DNA of 63,899 bases, the filler included, from Chiloscyllium plagiosum (taxonomy: Eukaryota): NCBI RefSeq assembly GCF_004010195.1. It is 4 parts of 2 records of this genome, joined end to end, with 100 filler letters (N's around TTAATTAATTAA, not from the genome) between each part and the next. Parts side by side here need not be neighbours in the genome. Positions count along the whole stretch, not along the records: positions 41,092 to 56,740 come from NC_057713.1; positions 56,841 to 63,899 come from NC_057714.1; 2 more parts are not named here. One strand, written 5' to 3'. The translations under genes were made by a program, and so were the position numbers. The notes below the pieces were generated by a model that saw nothing but the letters and a program-made list of their open reading frames with translations, was not told the origin of the DNA and ran no database searches. Below are positions 51,271-63,178 of this stretch, one piece after another. The number at the start of each line of letters is the position of its first letter. Position 1 is the stretch's first letter.

Positions 51271-51363
51271 GATTAGAGTGGTGCTGGGAAAGCACAGCAG
51301 GTCAAGCAACACCAGAGGAGCAGGAAAATCAATGTTTCGGGCAAAAACCCTTCATCAGGAATC
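51271..51363 (-). mobile_element. Family B element with hammerhead-like core
   Basis: Minus strand CUGAUGA-A-GGGU(UUUU)GCCC-GAAAC-AUU. Confidence 0.75.
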
Positions 51364-51364
51364 C

Positions 51365-52009
51365 TGTTGACAAAAGGGGTGCTAACAAGGGACACGGACA
51401 CAAGATGGCTATGGAGCCATAAGTTGGTCGCTTAACACACAAGATGGCCATTGAGCCATTTAATGGAAAAGTACAGCGAAGCAAACACAGATACTGCCCG
51501 AGACCAACAGGATACCAGCACAATTGAAACAGAACACAGATAATTAATTAGTTTAAGGCGAGTGGAGGAGAGGATATAAATCAGTAACGTCTACTGCCCG
51601 AAGTGTCAGAGTCTAGCCACCACCTTCAGTAGAAATGTTAACTACCTGAGACTAAGTGTTAATACCTTAGATTTGCAGGAATGAAAAACAATCTTCCTTC
51701 TCAGAAAGAATGATCACGACCAATTACTGCAGCAATGGACTTCTGTGTAGCTGCTGAAACTGACAATGATTCTAACATTCCTCTGAAACTGCCAATGACT
51801 CTGGAATGTTTTCTGTAAACAAACCATGCTGCGCAAACAAAGCCTCCATATCCGGACCATTATTCCATGAAATGTATAAAAAATCGTGATGTGCTCAGAG
51901 GGTGAGAGAAAGCTCACAGCTGGACATCTCTCCCCAGAGCTCTTTGTACAATAAACTCGGTCGTTGAATCCCGATTCTGACTCCGAGACTGGTGATTTTC
52001 CCCACAACA
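51365..52009 (+). mobile_element. Putative solo LTR
   Basis: TGTTG...CAACA termini, two CAAGATGGC repeats, TATAAAA near 51875, AATAAA near 51950; no clear TSD. Confidence 0.5.
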
Positions 52010-52458
52010 ACAGACAAGCATGAAACTGTCTTTAAACAAATGAAACAATACTGGAAATACTAATATACTGCATACTTGTGGGCAGAAAACAGGCTTAACA
52101 TTTCAGGTCGCTGATCTTACTTTAATTTTTTTCTGTCCATACGTGCTGCCTGACCTTTCAACGTGCAATGAACTAGTGAAATGATTATATTGACTTTAAT
52201 TGCACTGATAATAGAAGTTTCATTAAAAGTTTCCAATTATTTCAACAGACTTCTGTCATAAGCAAACACAGCTCGCTGGAAAACATTTCTACCTGAACAG
52301 ATTAGAAGTGAAAACAATGGCAATATAAAGATGTACACTAATCATTCCATTACAAAACACATGAAGGTCATAATACTCTATTAATTATGTATCTTATATG
52401 CATGACTCTCAATCAAAACTTTACATTTATATTTGTATAAATCAAAGGTTGCATTCAC

Positions 52459-52594
52459 CTGCACTCCTAATTCATCCTCTTCTGGTGGAGATGGAGGTGG
52501 GGTTTTGTCCATGTCTGAATTTTCAGGGGAAGATTCATGTTTCCTTTTGCCTTTTTTCTTTCCAACAGTTGATTCCGGGATACTTTTCTTGTTA
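52459..52594 (-). CDS. chd7: CHD7 exon (human-equivalent 4)
   Basis: NKKSIPESTVGKKKGKRKHESSPENSDMDKTPPPSPPEEDELGVQ resembles human SENSDLDKTPPPSPPPEEDEDPGVQ; 136 bp; phase 2 to 0; tag/gtgaat. Confidence 0.9.
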
Positions 52595-53013
52595 CTACAA
52601 AACATGAACATTTATTAGTATACAGGAGGCCAAAAACCAAAACCATTCCTATTCAAAATCCAAAAGAATCCATTAACTCTTTTTGAGACTGTTTTCTCAC
52701 CCAAAATAAGAGCACAACGAACAGGCAAAATTAGAATCCTGTACATTACAGTTTCAAATTTAATCGTACTTAATTTAACACAATTCTCAAATAAATTAGA
52801 TCACTCACTATAGATATATTCCACCAATTCATCAAATTCATAGCAAGACCACTCAACAACCAATCTACATTGAGTTTCTTTAAACATATCTGAGCTGTTC
52901 AATGGCTGATATATACCAACTTGTCTTTCCCCACTCCACACCTTCCATGGTCCCTCTACAGTCAACTAACCTGCATAGTTATATACTTTGACAAAATGAA
53001 GTTGGCTGGCACC

Positions 53014-53333
53014 ATGGTTGAGGAAAAGGTGGGCATGATGAAAGCAGTGAAGAAGGTGTCAGCCAAGAGCAGCAGGAGGAGAACGTCAAAGTCAAAAAGT
53101 TACTTCATGAATATCTAGAAAAAAACGATGAAGCAGGTTCACCTCGATACGGACACCTCCTCCAAGATCATGCATATCATGTACTCATTCATCTATGATA
53201 TTTCTGAGTGATCGCGGGAGAGGCTTCCCACCTGGCCGATTACAAGTGCAGCACTACCTGCTCCTGCGAGATCCAGGCCACCGTGCACCTGCTGCTGCGT
53301 GGGGAGCTGGCCAAGTACACCAGCTCCAAGTGA
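53014..53333 (+). pseudogene. Histone H2B pseudogene
   Basis: Reads ...KSYFMNI*KKTMKQVHLDTDTSSKIMHIMYSFIYDISE, frameshift, IAGEASHLADYKCSTTCSCEIQATVHLLLRGELAKYTSSK*. Confidence 0.92.
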
Positions 53334-53659
53334 AACATCATACTGGAGTGAAATAATATCCATGGATTTGCACTAAGTTAGTTATCATTGCTGAGCAATG
53401 AACAGAACACCCCAAAAACCAAAGGATCCTATTTAAAATTCCAGGTGTCTGACCGAGCTGGTTTAATAATTTTAGCCTTTATTGACTGGAAGAAGAAACT
53501 GCCATTGACCTAGCTATTCAAAAGCTCCTGCTGCAAAAACATGCATGGGTGTGGACAGGCAACTTAACATCATTGGGCTATTTACCAGCTTCATGGCTCA
53601 TTACCTAAGGCCAACCATTTGTGCAAAGTACAAAACAGTAAGCCAGTGACTCAAGCGAA

Positions 53660-54010
53660 ATCTCTAGGAATAGGGGTTCAAATCCCATCATGGCAATTGG
53701 TGGAACTTGAATTCAATTAATAAATAAATAAAGGAGTTAAAAGTTAGTCTGCTGCAAGCACAAAACCCTTTGCTGATTGCGATTATGACAAAAACCCATC
53801 TGGTCCTTCTTTGGGGAAGGATATCTGCTGTCCTTACCCGCTGCTCTACTGACTTCGGACCCTCAAAGTGGTTAATTCTTAAAGGTCTTTTGAGATGGCC
53901 TCACAAGCTAAGTGGTTATACCAAATCATTATGAAATTTGAAGAAATGAATGAAACCAGATGGACCACCTGACAATGACCCAGGCAAGGAAATGACGGCA
54001 TCAAACTCCG
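53660..54010 (+). mobile_element. Old tRNA-derived shark SINE
   Basis: GGTTCAAATCCC B-box; related to 27790-28100. Confidence 0.55.
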
Positions 54011-54061
54011 CCCAATTGGCCTAGCAAACTATTCCTGGGCTTTTCATTGTCAGTTTTTACA

Positions 54062-54940
54062 GCATAGAAAGAGACTCTTTGGCTCATGTCTGCACTGGTC
54101 ATCAAACATTCATCCATTTTAATCCCATATCCAGCACTTAACCCACAGCCTTATATACTACTGTGCTTAAAGAGCTCACCTATTGAGCTCTGATTGTATT
54201 GAAATGGTGGAGTAGGCTTGAGGGGCTGAATGACCTACTGCTCTTCCTATTGGCTTAGTTCTTAAATGTCTCTACCATCATTTCAGGTAATGAGTTCTAT
54301 ATTATCTATAACTCTCTGGGTGAAAAAAATATTCCCCTCAAATCCCCTCTAAACCTGCCCTTTACCTTAAAACTGTGCCCTTTGGCAGTGATCTGTCACC
54401 TAAGGGGAAAGGTTTCTCCCCGTCTCTCCTGTCGATGTCCCTCAGAACTGTGTACACCTCAACCATGTCCCCTTTTAGCCTTCTCTGCTCGAGGTAGAAC
54501 AGGCCCAGCTTATCTAGCCTCTCTTCATAGCATAAGCAGTTCAGCCTGGACAACATCCTGTTGGGGGAAGAAAGAACTGCAAATGTTGTAAATCAGAAAA
54601 TGCTGGAAAAGCTCAGGTCTGGCAGCAGCTGAGAGAAATCAGTTAATGTTTTGGGTCAAGTGACCCTTCCTCAGAACTGATGGTAGCTAGGGTCATTCGA
54701 TCAAAGACATCAGCTGATTTCTCTCCACAGATGTTGCCAGATCGACTGAGCTTTTCCAGTAATTTCAGTTTTTGTAACATCCTGTTGAATCTCTTCACTG
54801 TCTCTCATGCAATTATATCTTTCTATAGTGCAGTGACCAGTACTACACACGCACTACTCCAATTGTACTCTAACTAACATTATATACAGCTACATCACAA
54901 CCTCCAGAATGTGTAATTATAATGCCTTGACTGATTGACT
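54062..54940 (-). mobile_element. CR1 LINE 3' fragment
   Basis: YEERLDKLGLFYLEQRRLKGDMVEVY. Confidence 0.85.
54564..54775. mobile_element. Family C fold-back element inserted in CR1, 12-bp TSD
   Basis: AACATCCTGTTG at 54552-54563 and 54776-54787; minus-strand CUGAGGA-A-GGGUC(ACUU)GACCC-AAAAC. Confidence 0.8.
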
Positions 54941-55049
54941 GTCCCATCCCGCCAACAAGGAAAAGCCACCAGAGCTGGCAGTGACATACAATTGTTATGA
55001 AGTTATAGGTGTTCTGTACCTTTAAGAGAGTGAAAACTGGCAAGGACTC

Positions 55050-56320
55050 AAGAAAATTTACAGCCCAGGAACAGGTTCTTCAGCCTTCCAAGCTTGGGTC
55101 GATCCAAATGTACTGTCGAAACCTGACGCCCTATTCCTAAGCATCTTATCCCTCTGCTCCCCACCTACTCATGCATCTGTCCAGACGCTTCTTAAATGAA
55201 TCTACCATGCCTGCCTCCACCATCTCTGCTGGCAACGCGTTCCAGGCACCTACCACCCTGTGTGTAAAGTACTTGCAATGTTTATCTCCCTTAAACTTTT
55301 CACCTCTCACCATGAAAGCGTGACCACATTATTGAATCCCTCACCCTGGGAAAAATCTTATCTGTATCTACGTTGTCTATACCCTTCATAATTTTGTAGA
55401 CCTCAATCAGGACCCCTTCAATCTCCTTTTTCCTAATGAAAACAAACCTAACCTATTCAACCTCTCTTCATAGCTAGCACCTCCCATACCAGGCAACATC
55501 CTCATAAACCTTCTATGCACCCTCTCCAAAGCGTCCACATCCTTTTGGAAATGTGGCGACCAGAACTGTACACAGTATTCTAAATGCAACCGAACCAATG
55601 TCTTGTACAATTTTAACATGACCTCCCAGTTCTTATACTCAATACCCCGTCTGATGAAGGCAAGCATACTATATGCCTTCCTGACCACTCAATCCACCTG
55701 TGCAGCAACCTTCAGGGTACAAGTGATCTGAACTCCCACATCTCTCTGCCCATCAACTTTTCCCAAGGCGCTTCGGTTTACTGTATAATTCACTCTAGAA
55801 TTGGACTTGCCAAAATGCATCACCTCACATTTGCCTAGATTGAACCCCATCTGCCATGTCTCTGCCCAATTCTCCAGTCTATCTATATTCTCCTGTATTC
55901 TTTGACAGTACCCTACGCTTTCTGCGACTCCACCGATCTTTGTGTCATCTGCAAACTTGATCATACCAACATTGCCCTCTCCCATTGATGTATATTACAA
56001 ACAACAGTGGCCCCAGCACTGATCCCTGTGGAACACGACTGGTCACATTTCTCCATTTCGAGAAACTCCCTTCAACTACTACTGCCTCCTGTTGCTCAAC
56101 CAGTTCTTTATTCACTGAGCTAGAGCACCCTGCACACCTTATGACTTCACTTTCTCCATTAGTTTACCATGGAGTACCTTATCAAATGCCTTACTAAAGT
56201 CCATGCATATGACATCTACAGTCCATCCTTCATCTATCAACTTGGTCACTTCCACAAAATACTCAAGTTGGTACGGCATGATCTCCCCCGCACAAAACCA
56301 TGTTGCCTGTCACTGATAAT
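55050..56320 (-). mobile_element. CR1 LINE RT to 3' end
   Basis: IKFADDTKIGG and [10 protein letters not shown]. Confidence 0.93.
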
Positions 56321-56740
56321 TGTTATTTAAGAACTTACCTCGACGCCAACGGTCTTTTCGCATCAGAGAGTGGCGGGAGCTGGGCGGAAGTGAAGGCAGA
56401 GCGCAAAGCTGGTCAGGAAGGTAAGTGATTGTTATTCGAGTGGGTGTGTTCTAGACCCCAGGTCCTACAAAGTAGGGCCTCCCTCCCTCCCTCCTCCTCT
56501 AACCTAAATTAAAAGTCCACAGACTTACCCCAAAAAGAGGGTCCAAGGAAGTTCCTGTGGATTGAAGAGGGAGGCTTTAGCTCAGGAGTCTTTGACAAGA
56601 AGGTTGAGTGAAGTGATTACGCCACAGTTGAAGAGGGTGAAGACATGACTGCCAAGCTGGTTCAGTGTGCTACGTGCTTGATGTGGGAGGTCAACGACTC
56701 TGGTATGTCTGGCTCGTATATGTGTGGAAAGTGTGTGCAC
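56320..56740 (+). mobile_element. CR1 5' UTR and start of ORF1 zinc finger
   Basis: From ATG 56645: MTAKLVQCATCLMWEVNDSGMSGSYMCGKCVH (CxxC...CxxC), running into the gap. Confidence 0.75.
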
Positions 56741-56840
56741 NNNNNNNNNNNNNNNNNNNNNNNNNNNNNNNNNNNNNNNNNNNNTTAATTAATTAANNNN
56801 NNNNNNNNNNNNNNNNNNNNNNNNNNNNNNNNNNNNNNNN
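56741..56840. other. Assembly gap with synthetic TTAATTAATTAA linker
   Basis: 44 N + TTAATTAATTAA + 44 N. Confidence 0.97.
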
Positions 56841-57090
56841 TGGGGCGGTGGCAGTGTAAGGCAGGTGGGAGTGGGGAAAGAATGTGTGCCAGGTGAGAGT
56901 GTGTTTGAGTAATGAGAGAGTAGAGGTATGTGGAAGTGGGAGAGTTTGGGGAGTGAGGAGGGTGGGTTGGTTTGGTCGAGGGTGCATGGCAGAGGAATGT
57001 TAGATGGTGGTGTGTGCATGTGTGGTTGATGAACATTGTGGCTGGGGTTCAGTAGATTTTGGGTTGTGGGTGTATGTGGGCAGGTGCATA
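56841..57090. repeat. G/T-rich low-complexity tract
   Basis: Direct observation. Confidence 0.8.
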
Positions 57091-57227
57091 CTGGTCTGTA
57101 ACACTGGCAGTCGGAAGAGGGACTGATTAAGGCAGAAAGTGGTATCTGGCTTACTGAGCAGTTGGGGTTGGGATGTAATTCCTTCTTTACAAAATCAAAT
57201 GTTCAAGTGGACTGAGTAATGGTTATG

Positions 57228-57342
57228 ATGTGGAGATGCCAGTGTTGGACTGGCGTGGACAAAGTCACAAAACACCAGGTTATGGTCCATCAGGTTTATT
57301 CAGAAGTACAAACTTTCAGATCCCTGCTCCGCCTTCAGGTAC
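57228..57342 (-). mobile_element. Neptune-type Penelope terminal-repeat fragment
   Basis: Homologous to 48310-48421. Confidence 0.7.
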
Positions 57343-59228
57343 CTCGCTATGTCATTTTAAATAAATTCCTCCATGTCCAGAAATGTTTCATAACTTGTCT
57401 ACTTGACAAGCAGTGTCAAGCTGAACTTGTACTATGGATGTACATAACAGAGGGCACTTGACTGGGTCATAATCTGCAAAGTTATTTGGTTGCACTGTTG
57501 TATATTTGGTATGTATTTTGACCTGTTTTTGACATGAACATGAGTATCAAATTATGAACAGGAAGCAGTTGTTTTTGACATTGTTAACTTATTGTTTTTG
57601 ATTTTAAATAGTTTAACTGAAGTAAATATATTTATATACTTATTAACAAGTGGCTGAATGAAGCAAAAATCTGTAGGAGTTTTCTCTGCTTGAAGAAGAT
57701 TATAAAAGGCTCACCCACAAACGATGCCATTGTGTTGTTTCTCAGTAATTGACACTACAGTAAAGTCGGTGTAAGAGATAAATTGTTACTGATAATTACA
57801 AAGTAATAATTCCATATACTGTAATATGAAGTAAGTATTAATACGACTGCTATTCACCTGAAATGTTATCACCTGTTTCATTGTTCTGCTGCGTGATTCT
57901 TCCTGCTTGAAAATGCAAATGTAGGTGTTGTATGAAGACAGAATTAGGCTGAGTAGTTAGGTTTTGTGTAGTTAAATATTCTGAAACATGAATTTTTTCC
58001 TGGGCACGCATGAAGACTTAGTATACTTACATGAGATATTGAAAGTTTGCCAGAGCGCATAGAACTGTGTCTCTGGAGAGTCGGAGGGAAATAGGAGCAA
58101 CCACTATAAAGTATGATTCAGCATTGTCATCATTGTAACACTGGGCCAATGTGAGGAATTCACTGTGCTAATTTTGAGAGTTTGCTGACACTGAAATCCC
58201 AACCAGGCAAGCAGGAAACTGGAAGAACACAGCAAGCCGGGCAGCAGCTTGTCTACGTTGGATTCCAGCATCTGCATTTTTTTTTCTCTAACTGAAATCA
58301 GCAGTCAGGAAATAAAGTACGTAAGGCCATGACCATTTGTGACTACTGTTTCAACTATTGACTTTGGGATGGGGTGGAAGGTAAGTTAGTGGCTCATGCA
58401 CCTTTCATTATCGTAGAACTTTTAATTTGAGTCATGTTGCTCAACCGTTTTAAATGTGTATCATTTGGACTTGATCTGCCGAATTATCTTCATGTTTTTA
58501 TTTATTATAAAAGTATTTTATATGCATATTTTGTTGCATATTGATTTATTGTTTGCTTGGTTCTGTTAGCACTTCTGCCTAGAAATCAAATGCTGTAAAT
58601 TCAAGCCTCCCCTAGAATTTTAAGCATTTGTCTGAGCTGACACTGTTTTGATAGGAATTGCCTTTCAAATTAAATGCTAATCCAAGTTTTTCTTTGCCTG
58701 TTCATGTGTGTGTTGTATTTGACTTCATCTCCCTGAGGAAGATTATCTGTCAGAGCAGATCAGCTGCTTGATGTAGAATCTGAGCTCAGTGGGATGAAAA
58801 TTGGTGTGTTTTGTAACAGGCTGGCAATCATTCCACCACATCACCATCCAGTCAATGAAAGTACCAATTATCCCTTCTGTGGCATCATTTGAAGAGGAGT
58901 AACAAGTTCTCTTGGTATCCTGGCCAACTCTATTCCCTTAACCCAACATCACCAAAACAAATTTACTGGATATTGATCTCATTATTATTTGTGGAATTTT
59001 GTTCAATGAAAACTAGTTGCCATGCAAAATCTACTAAAAGCAAGTTGTACTTTAAAAGTGCTCTGAAAAATGATATTAAATGTTAATTCTTTTTCTTACT
59101 GATTTTAGGAATGTTTTAAAAGCTAAGACACAAAGTGCTGAGCATGAGATTTGAATATTTGCTGCCAGTTAAATAAAAATAAGAGTTGGCCTGTTTCTGA
59201 ATTTTAGACATTGCCACTTTTTGTGACT

Positions 59229-59372
59229 TTAGATTTAGATTACTTAGTGTGGAAACAGGCCCTTTGGCCCAACAAGTCCACACCGACCCTCCGAAGAGCA
59301 ACCCACCCAGACCCAGACCCCTACATTTATTACCCGCAACCCACCAAGACCCATTCCCCTACATTCCCCTAC
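59229..59372 (-). mobile_element. HE1 SINE 3' fragment
   Basis: GTGTGGAAACAGGCCCTTTGGCCCAACAAGTCCACACC. Confidence 0.85.
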
Positions 59373-59474
59373 TTGTTGCATTGCATGTCAAAAATGCCAT
59401 AATATGACAAATATGGAAACAAGCCATTTGGCCCAACAGGTCCAGGCTGTCTTTATTCTCCCCATCTGTTAACA

Positions 59475-60490
59475 AATGTTTTTCAGACTGGTGACCCAGT
59501 GGAGTGCCACAAGGATCGGAGCTGGGTCCACTACTTTTCATCATTTCTATAAATGATTTGGATGTGAACATAAGAGGTATATTTAGAAAGTTTGCTGATG
59601 TCACCAAAATTGGAGGTGTAGTGGGCAACAAAGAAGGTTATCTCAGATTACAACAGGATCTTGATCAGATAGGCCAATGGACTGAGAAGTGGCAGATGGA
59701 GTTTAATTTTAGATAAATGTGAGGTGCTGCATTTTGTGAAAGCAAATCATAGCAGGACTTATACACTTAATGGTAAGGTCCTCGAGAGTGTTGCTGAACA
59801 GAGACCTTGGAGTGCAGGTTCATAGCTCCTTGAAAGTGGAGTCGCAGGTAGGTAGGATAGTGAGGAAGGCGTTTGGTATGCCTTCCTTTATTGGTCAGAG
59901 TATCAAGTACAGGAGTTGGGAGTCATGTTGTGGCTGTACAGGACATTGGTTAGGCCACTTTTGGAATATTGCATGCAGTTCTGGTTTCCTTTCTATCAGA
60001 AGGATGTAGTGAAACTTGGAAGGGTTCAGAGAAGATTTACAAGGATGTTGCCAGGGTTGGAGGGTTTGTGGTGGAGGCTGAATATGCTTGGGGTGTTTTC
60101 CCTTAACTGTCGGATGGGTGACCTTCTAGAGGTTTATAAAATATGAGGGGCATGCATAGGGTAAATAGACAAAGTCTTTTCCCTTGGGTGAGGGAGTCCA
60201 GAACTAGAGGGCATAGGTTTAGGGTGAGAGGGGAAAGATATAAAAGGGATCTAAGGGGCTACATTTTTATGTGGTGCGTGTATGGAATGAGCTGCCAAAG
60301 AAAATGGTGGAGACTGGTACAATTACAGCATTTAAAAGGCATCTGGATGGGTATATGAATAGGAAGGGTTGAGAGAGATATGGGCTGGGTGCTGGTGAAT
60401 GAGACTAGATTAGGTTAGGATATCTGATCAGCATGGACGAGTTGGACTGAAGGGCCTGTTTCCGTGCTATACATCTGTGATTCTCTGATG
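59475..60490 (+). mobile_element. CR1 LINE RT to 3' end
   Basis: GVPQGSELGP, KFADVTKIGG, YCMQFW. Confidence 0.93.
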
Positions 60491-60679
60491 CACTTCTGTT
60501 TTTGCATTGCCCACCAGTCACAGAAGGCCTGAAATGTTGCATTCTCCCTCTTCAAGGACTGAGCAGAAAATGCGCCTGTTCATAGCCACCTTGGCCAGGC
60601 CCAGGGAGCAGACCCATGAGAAGGTTCGGTCTCTCTTTAGATATTTTTAATCATGCCTCAAATGTGACTGATGAGGTTA

Positions 60680-60890
60680 TGTCTGGGGAATGGGACTTGA
60701 ACCCTGAACTTCTGACCCTGAGTTGGGACCACTGACATCATTGTGCCACAATAGCTCTTTCCAATGTATTTTAAGATATTTTCTAATCAACCTGTTCCCT
60801 GGTGTTATTACACACTTCCATACTTGATAGGACTTGAACCTCAGTCTCCTGGCTCAGAGATAGGGACTTACCACTGTGCTACAAGGGCAA
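60680..60890 (-). mobile_element. Two tandem degenerate tRNA-derived SINE heads
   Basis: GGACTTGAACC (reverse-complement B-box) twice; related to about 3705-3803. Confidence 0.5.
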
Positions 60891-61661
60891 CGATACTTGG
60901 TTTCTTACCCATATGATTGCAATTTGCGTAACATTGACATCATTAACATATCTTTGTGTTCCTTTCTCTCTCGTGTTTATTAAGGGTTTCCTTAAATGTA
61001 CATCTGCTAATTGCCTCTGTTACTCTATATACTTGATTAATTGTCAGTCTTGTGTAATGGTTGACCATTGATCTTTGACCAAAACAAGTCATTTTTGACA
61101 GGCCTTGTACAAATTGATACCTGACTTTTAACCAAAACAATCCAAGCTCTTTCCGTTTACCACTCATTTTCCACTGAATTCAAACTTTCCTTTGTGCAAA
61201 CCTATTTGATAGTATCATAGAATGGCATCCCTTTGAAAGTAGCAGACAGCAGGAGCTGAAAACTTATTTCAGCATTTTATGTCAAGGTTCCTACCTCAGT
61301 GGCATATTCTTCATTCCCGCTAATCCTGCAATCTAAACTGGAAACGAGGAGCAGGAGATACGTAGCCCAATTCAAGCTTATTTGTCTGCTCTGCAACCTC
61401 AACAATTGTATAGCAATTAGAAAATTCAAGGTATGAGAGAAGAATGTTAGAGATTGGAGGGAGTATTGTTTAGATCATAGCCAAATGTCTAGGAATAAAT
61501 GTGTAAACAGGCAAGCCTATCATCTTTCTTTTGAAGTTGCAAAACACCTCAGTGTAAATCACTGGAATGTACTCAGTTTCTTGAAGATCTGTCCCAATCG
61601 TTACTCTGAAGCAAGCAAGAAAATTTAGGCATTATAAATTTCAAAGACAACCCCTGCTCAC

Positions 61662-61940
61662 GTGGTGATTATTTTCCAGTGTTTGATAGATTCGGGATCA
61701 GTTCCTGCGGATTGGAGGGTGGCTAATGTTGTACCTCTTTTAAAGAAAGGTGGGATAGAGAAAGCAGGAAATTATAGACCAGTTAGTCTGACCTCAGTGG
61801 TGGGAAAGATGCTGGAGTCTATTATAAAGGATGAAATTACGACACATCTGGATAGTAGTAACAGGATAGGTCAGAGTCAGCATGGATTTATGAAGGGGAA
61901 ATCATGCTTGACTAATCTTCTAGAATTCTTTGAGGATGTA
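61662..61940 (+). mobile_element. CR1 RT fragment
   Basis: DWRVANVVP, NYRPVSLTSVVGK, QHGFMKGKSCLTNL. Confidence 0.92.
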
Positions 61941-62175
61941 AGAGGCCCTGAGTCTCTAGATTCGTAGTCCAGCAATAATACTCCAAGGCTCTCCCCTCCC
62001 CTTAGTCACGTGCTATCTCCCCAATCATATTCATTCCTCATTTTAAATAACTTGCACAGGTTTTGAAGCCAGTACTTTGTAACTCCGAGCTGCGTGTGTC
62101 TCACTGAGTCCCAGCCTCTCCTCAAAGAGAGGGGAGATGAACATTTCTCCTTCAACCACTTGGATCAGACCTGTG

Positions 62176-62506
62176 ATCATAGAGTCCCTACAGTGCGGAA
62201 ACAGGTTACTTGGCCCAACAAGTCCACACCAGAAGAGTATCCCACCCAGACACATTTCCCCTACCCTATTGCTCTACCTTTCCCCTGACTAATGCACCTA
62301 ACCTACACATCCCTGTACCCTATAGGCAATTTCCCATGGCCAATTCACATAACCTGGATTGTGAGAGGAAACTGGAGCACCTGGAGGAAACCCACGCAGA
62401 CACAGGGAGAATGTGCCAACTCCACACAGTCACCCGAGGGTGGAATCGAACTTGGGATCCTGGTGCTCTGAGGCAGCAGTGCTAACCACTGAGCCACCGT
62501 GCAGCC
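62176..62506 (-). mobile_element. HE1-type V-SINE
   Basis: Reverse-complement head and V-domain. Confidence 0.9.
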
Positions 62507-62614
62507 CAAGCATGCAATGGAGACCATCATCATGATGGACGCGATTTGACCACTATCATTAACACACTATTCAGTTGATTCCTGTTGATGCCGGTGGTCT
62601 TAACCAAGCAAGGT

Positions 62615-62910
62615 TAACCAGAGGACACAGCTTAAAAATATGGGGTAGACCATTTAGGACAGAGATGAGGAGAAACTTCTTCACTCAGAGAGTGGTGGCT
62701 GTGTGGAATGCTCTGCCCCAGAGGGCAGTGGAGGCTCAGTCTCTGGATTCATTTAAGAAAGAGTTGGATAGAGCTCTCAAGGATAGTGGAGTCAAGGGTT
62801 ATGGAGATAAGGCAGGAGCAGGATACTGTTTAAGGATGATCAGCCATGATCATATTGAATGGTGGTGCAGGCTCAAAACGCAGAATGGCCTACTGCTGCA
62901 CCTATTGTCT
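62615..62910 (+). mobile_element. CR1 3' end
   Basis: TRGHSLKIWGRPFRTEMRRNFFTQRVV. Confidence 0.92.
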
Positions 62911-62918
62911 AAACCATG

Positions 62919-63178
62919 TTTTTCAAAGTTTGTGAGAAGATTTGTAGCTCGGGTGCTTGTTGTTGTGGTTCTGTTCGCCGAGCTGGGAATTTGTGTTGCT
63001 GACATTTCGTCCCCTGTCTAGGTGACATCCTCAGTGCTTGGGAGCCTCCTGTGAAGCGCTTCTGTGTTGTTCCCTCCAGCCTTTATAGTGGACTCCATCT
63101 CTGGACTCATAGCAGAAGCTGTAATGCAAAGATTAGAACAAACAGTCTTACCGCAAATTCAACCCAAACTCTGGGTCA
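62919..63178. mobile_element. Penelope-like fragment: inverted terminal repeat (hammerhead motif at 62998-63037, minus) joined to an RT fragment
   Basis: Same family as 11141-11538; ISGLIAEAVMQRLEQTVLPQIQPKLWV on plus matches about 16070-16150. Confidence 0.85.

Noticed and set aside
53410..53445. Possible histone 3' stem-loop (CCAAAGGATCCTATTTAAAATTCC)
   Set aside because: Cannot form the conserved 6-bp stem; too degenerate to support
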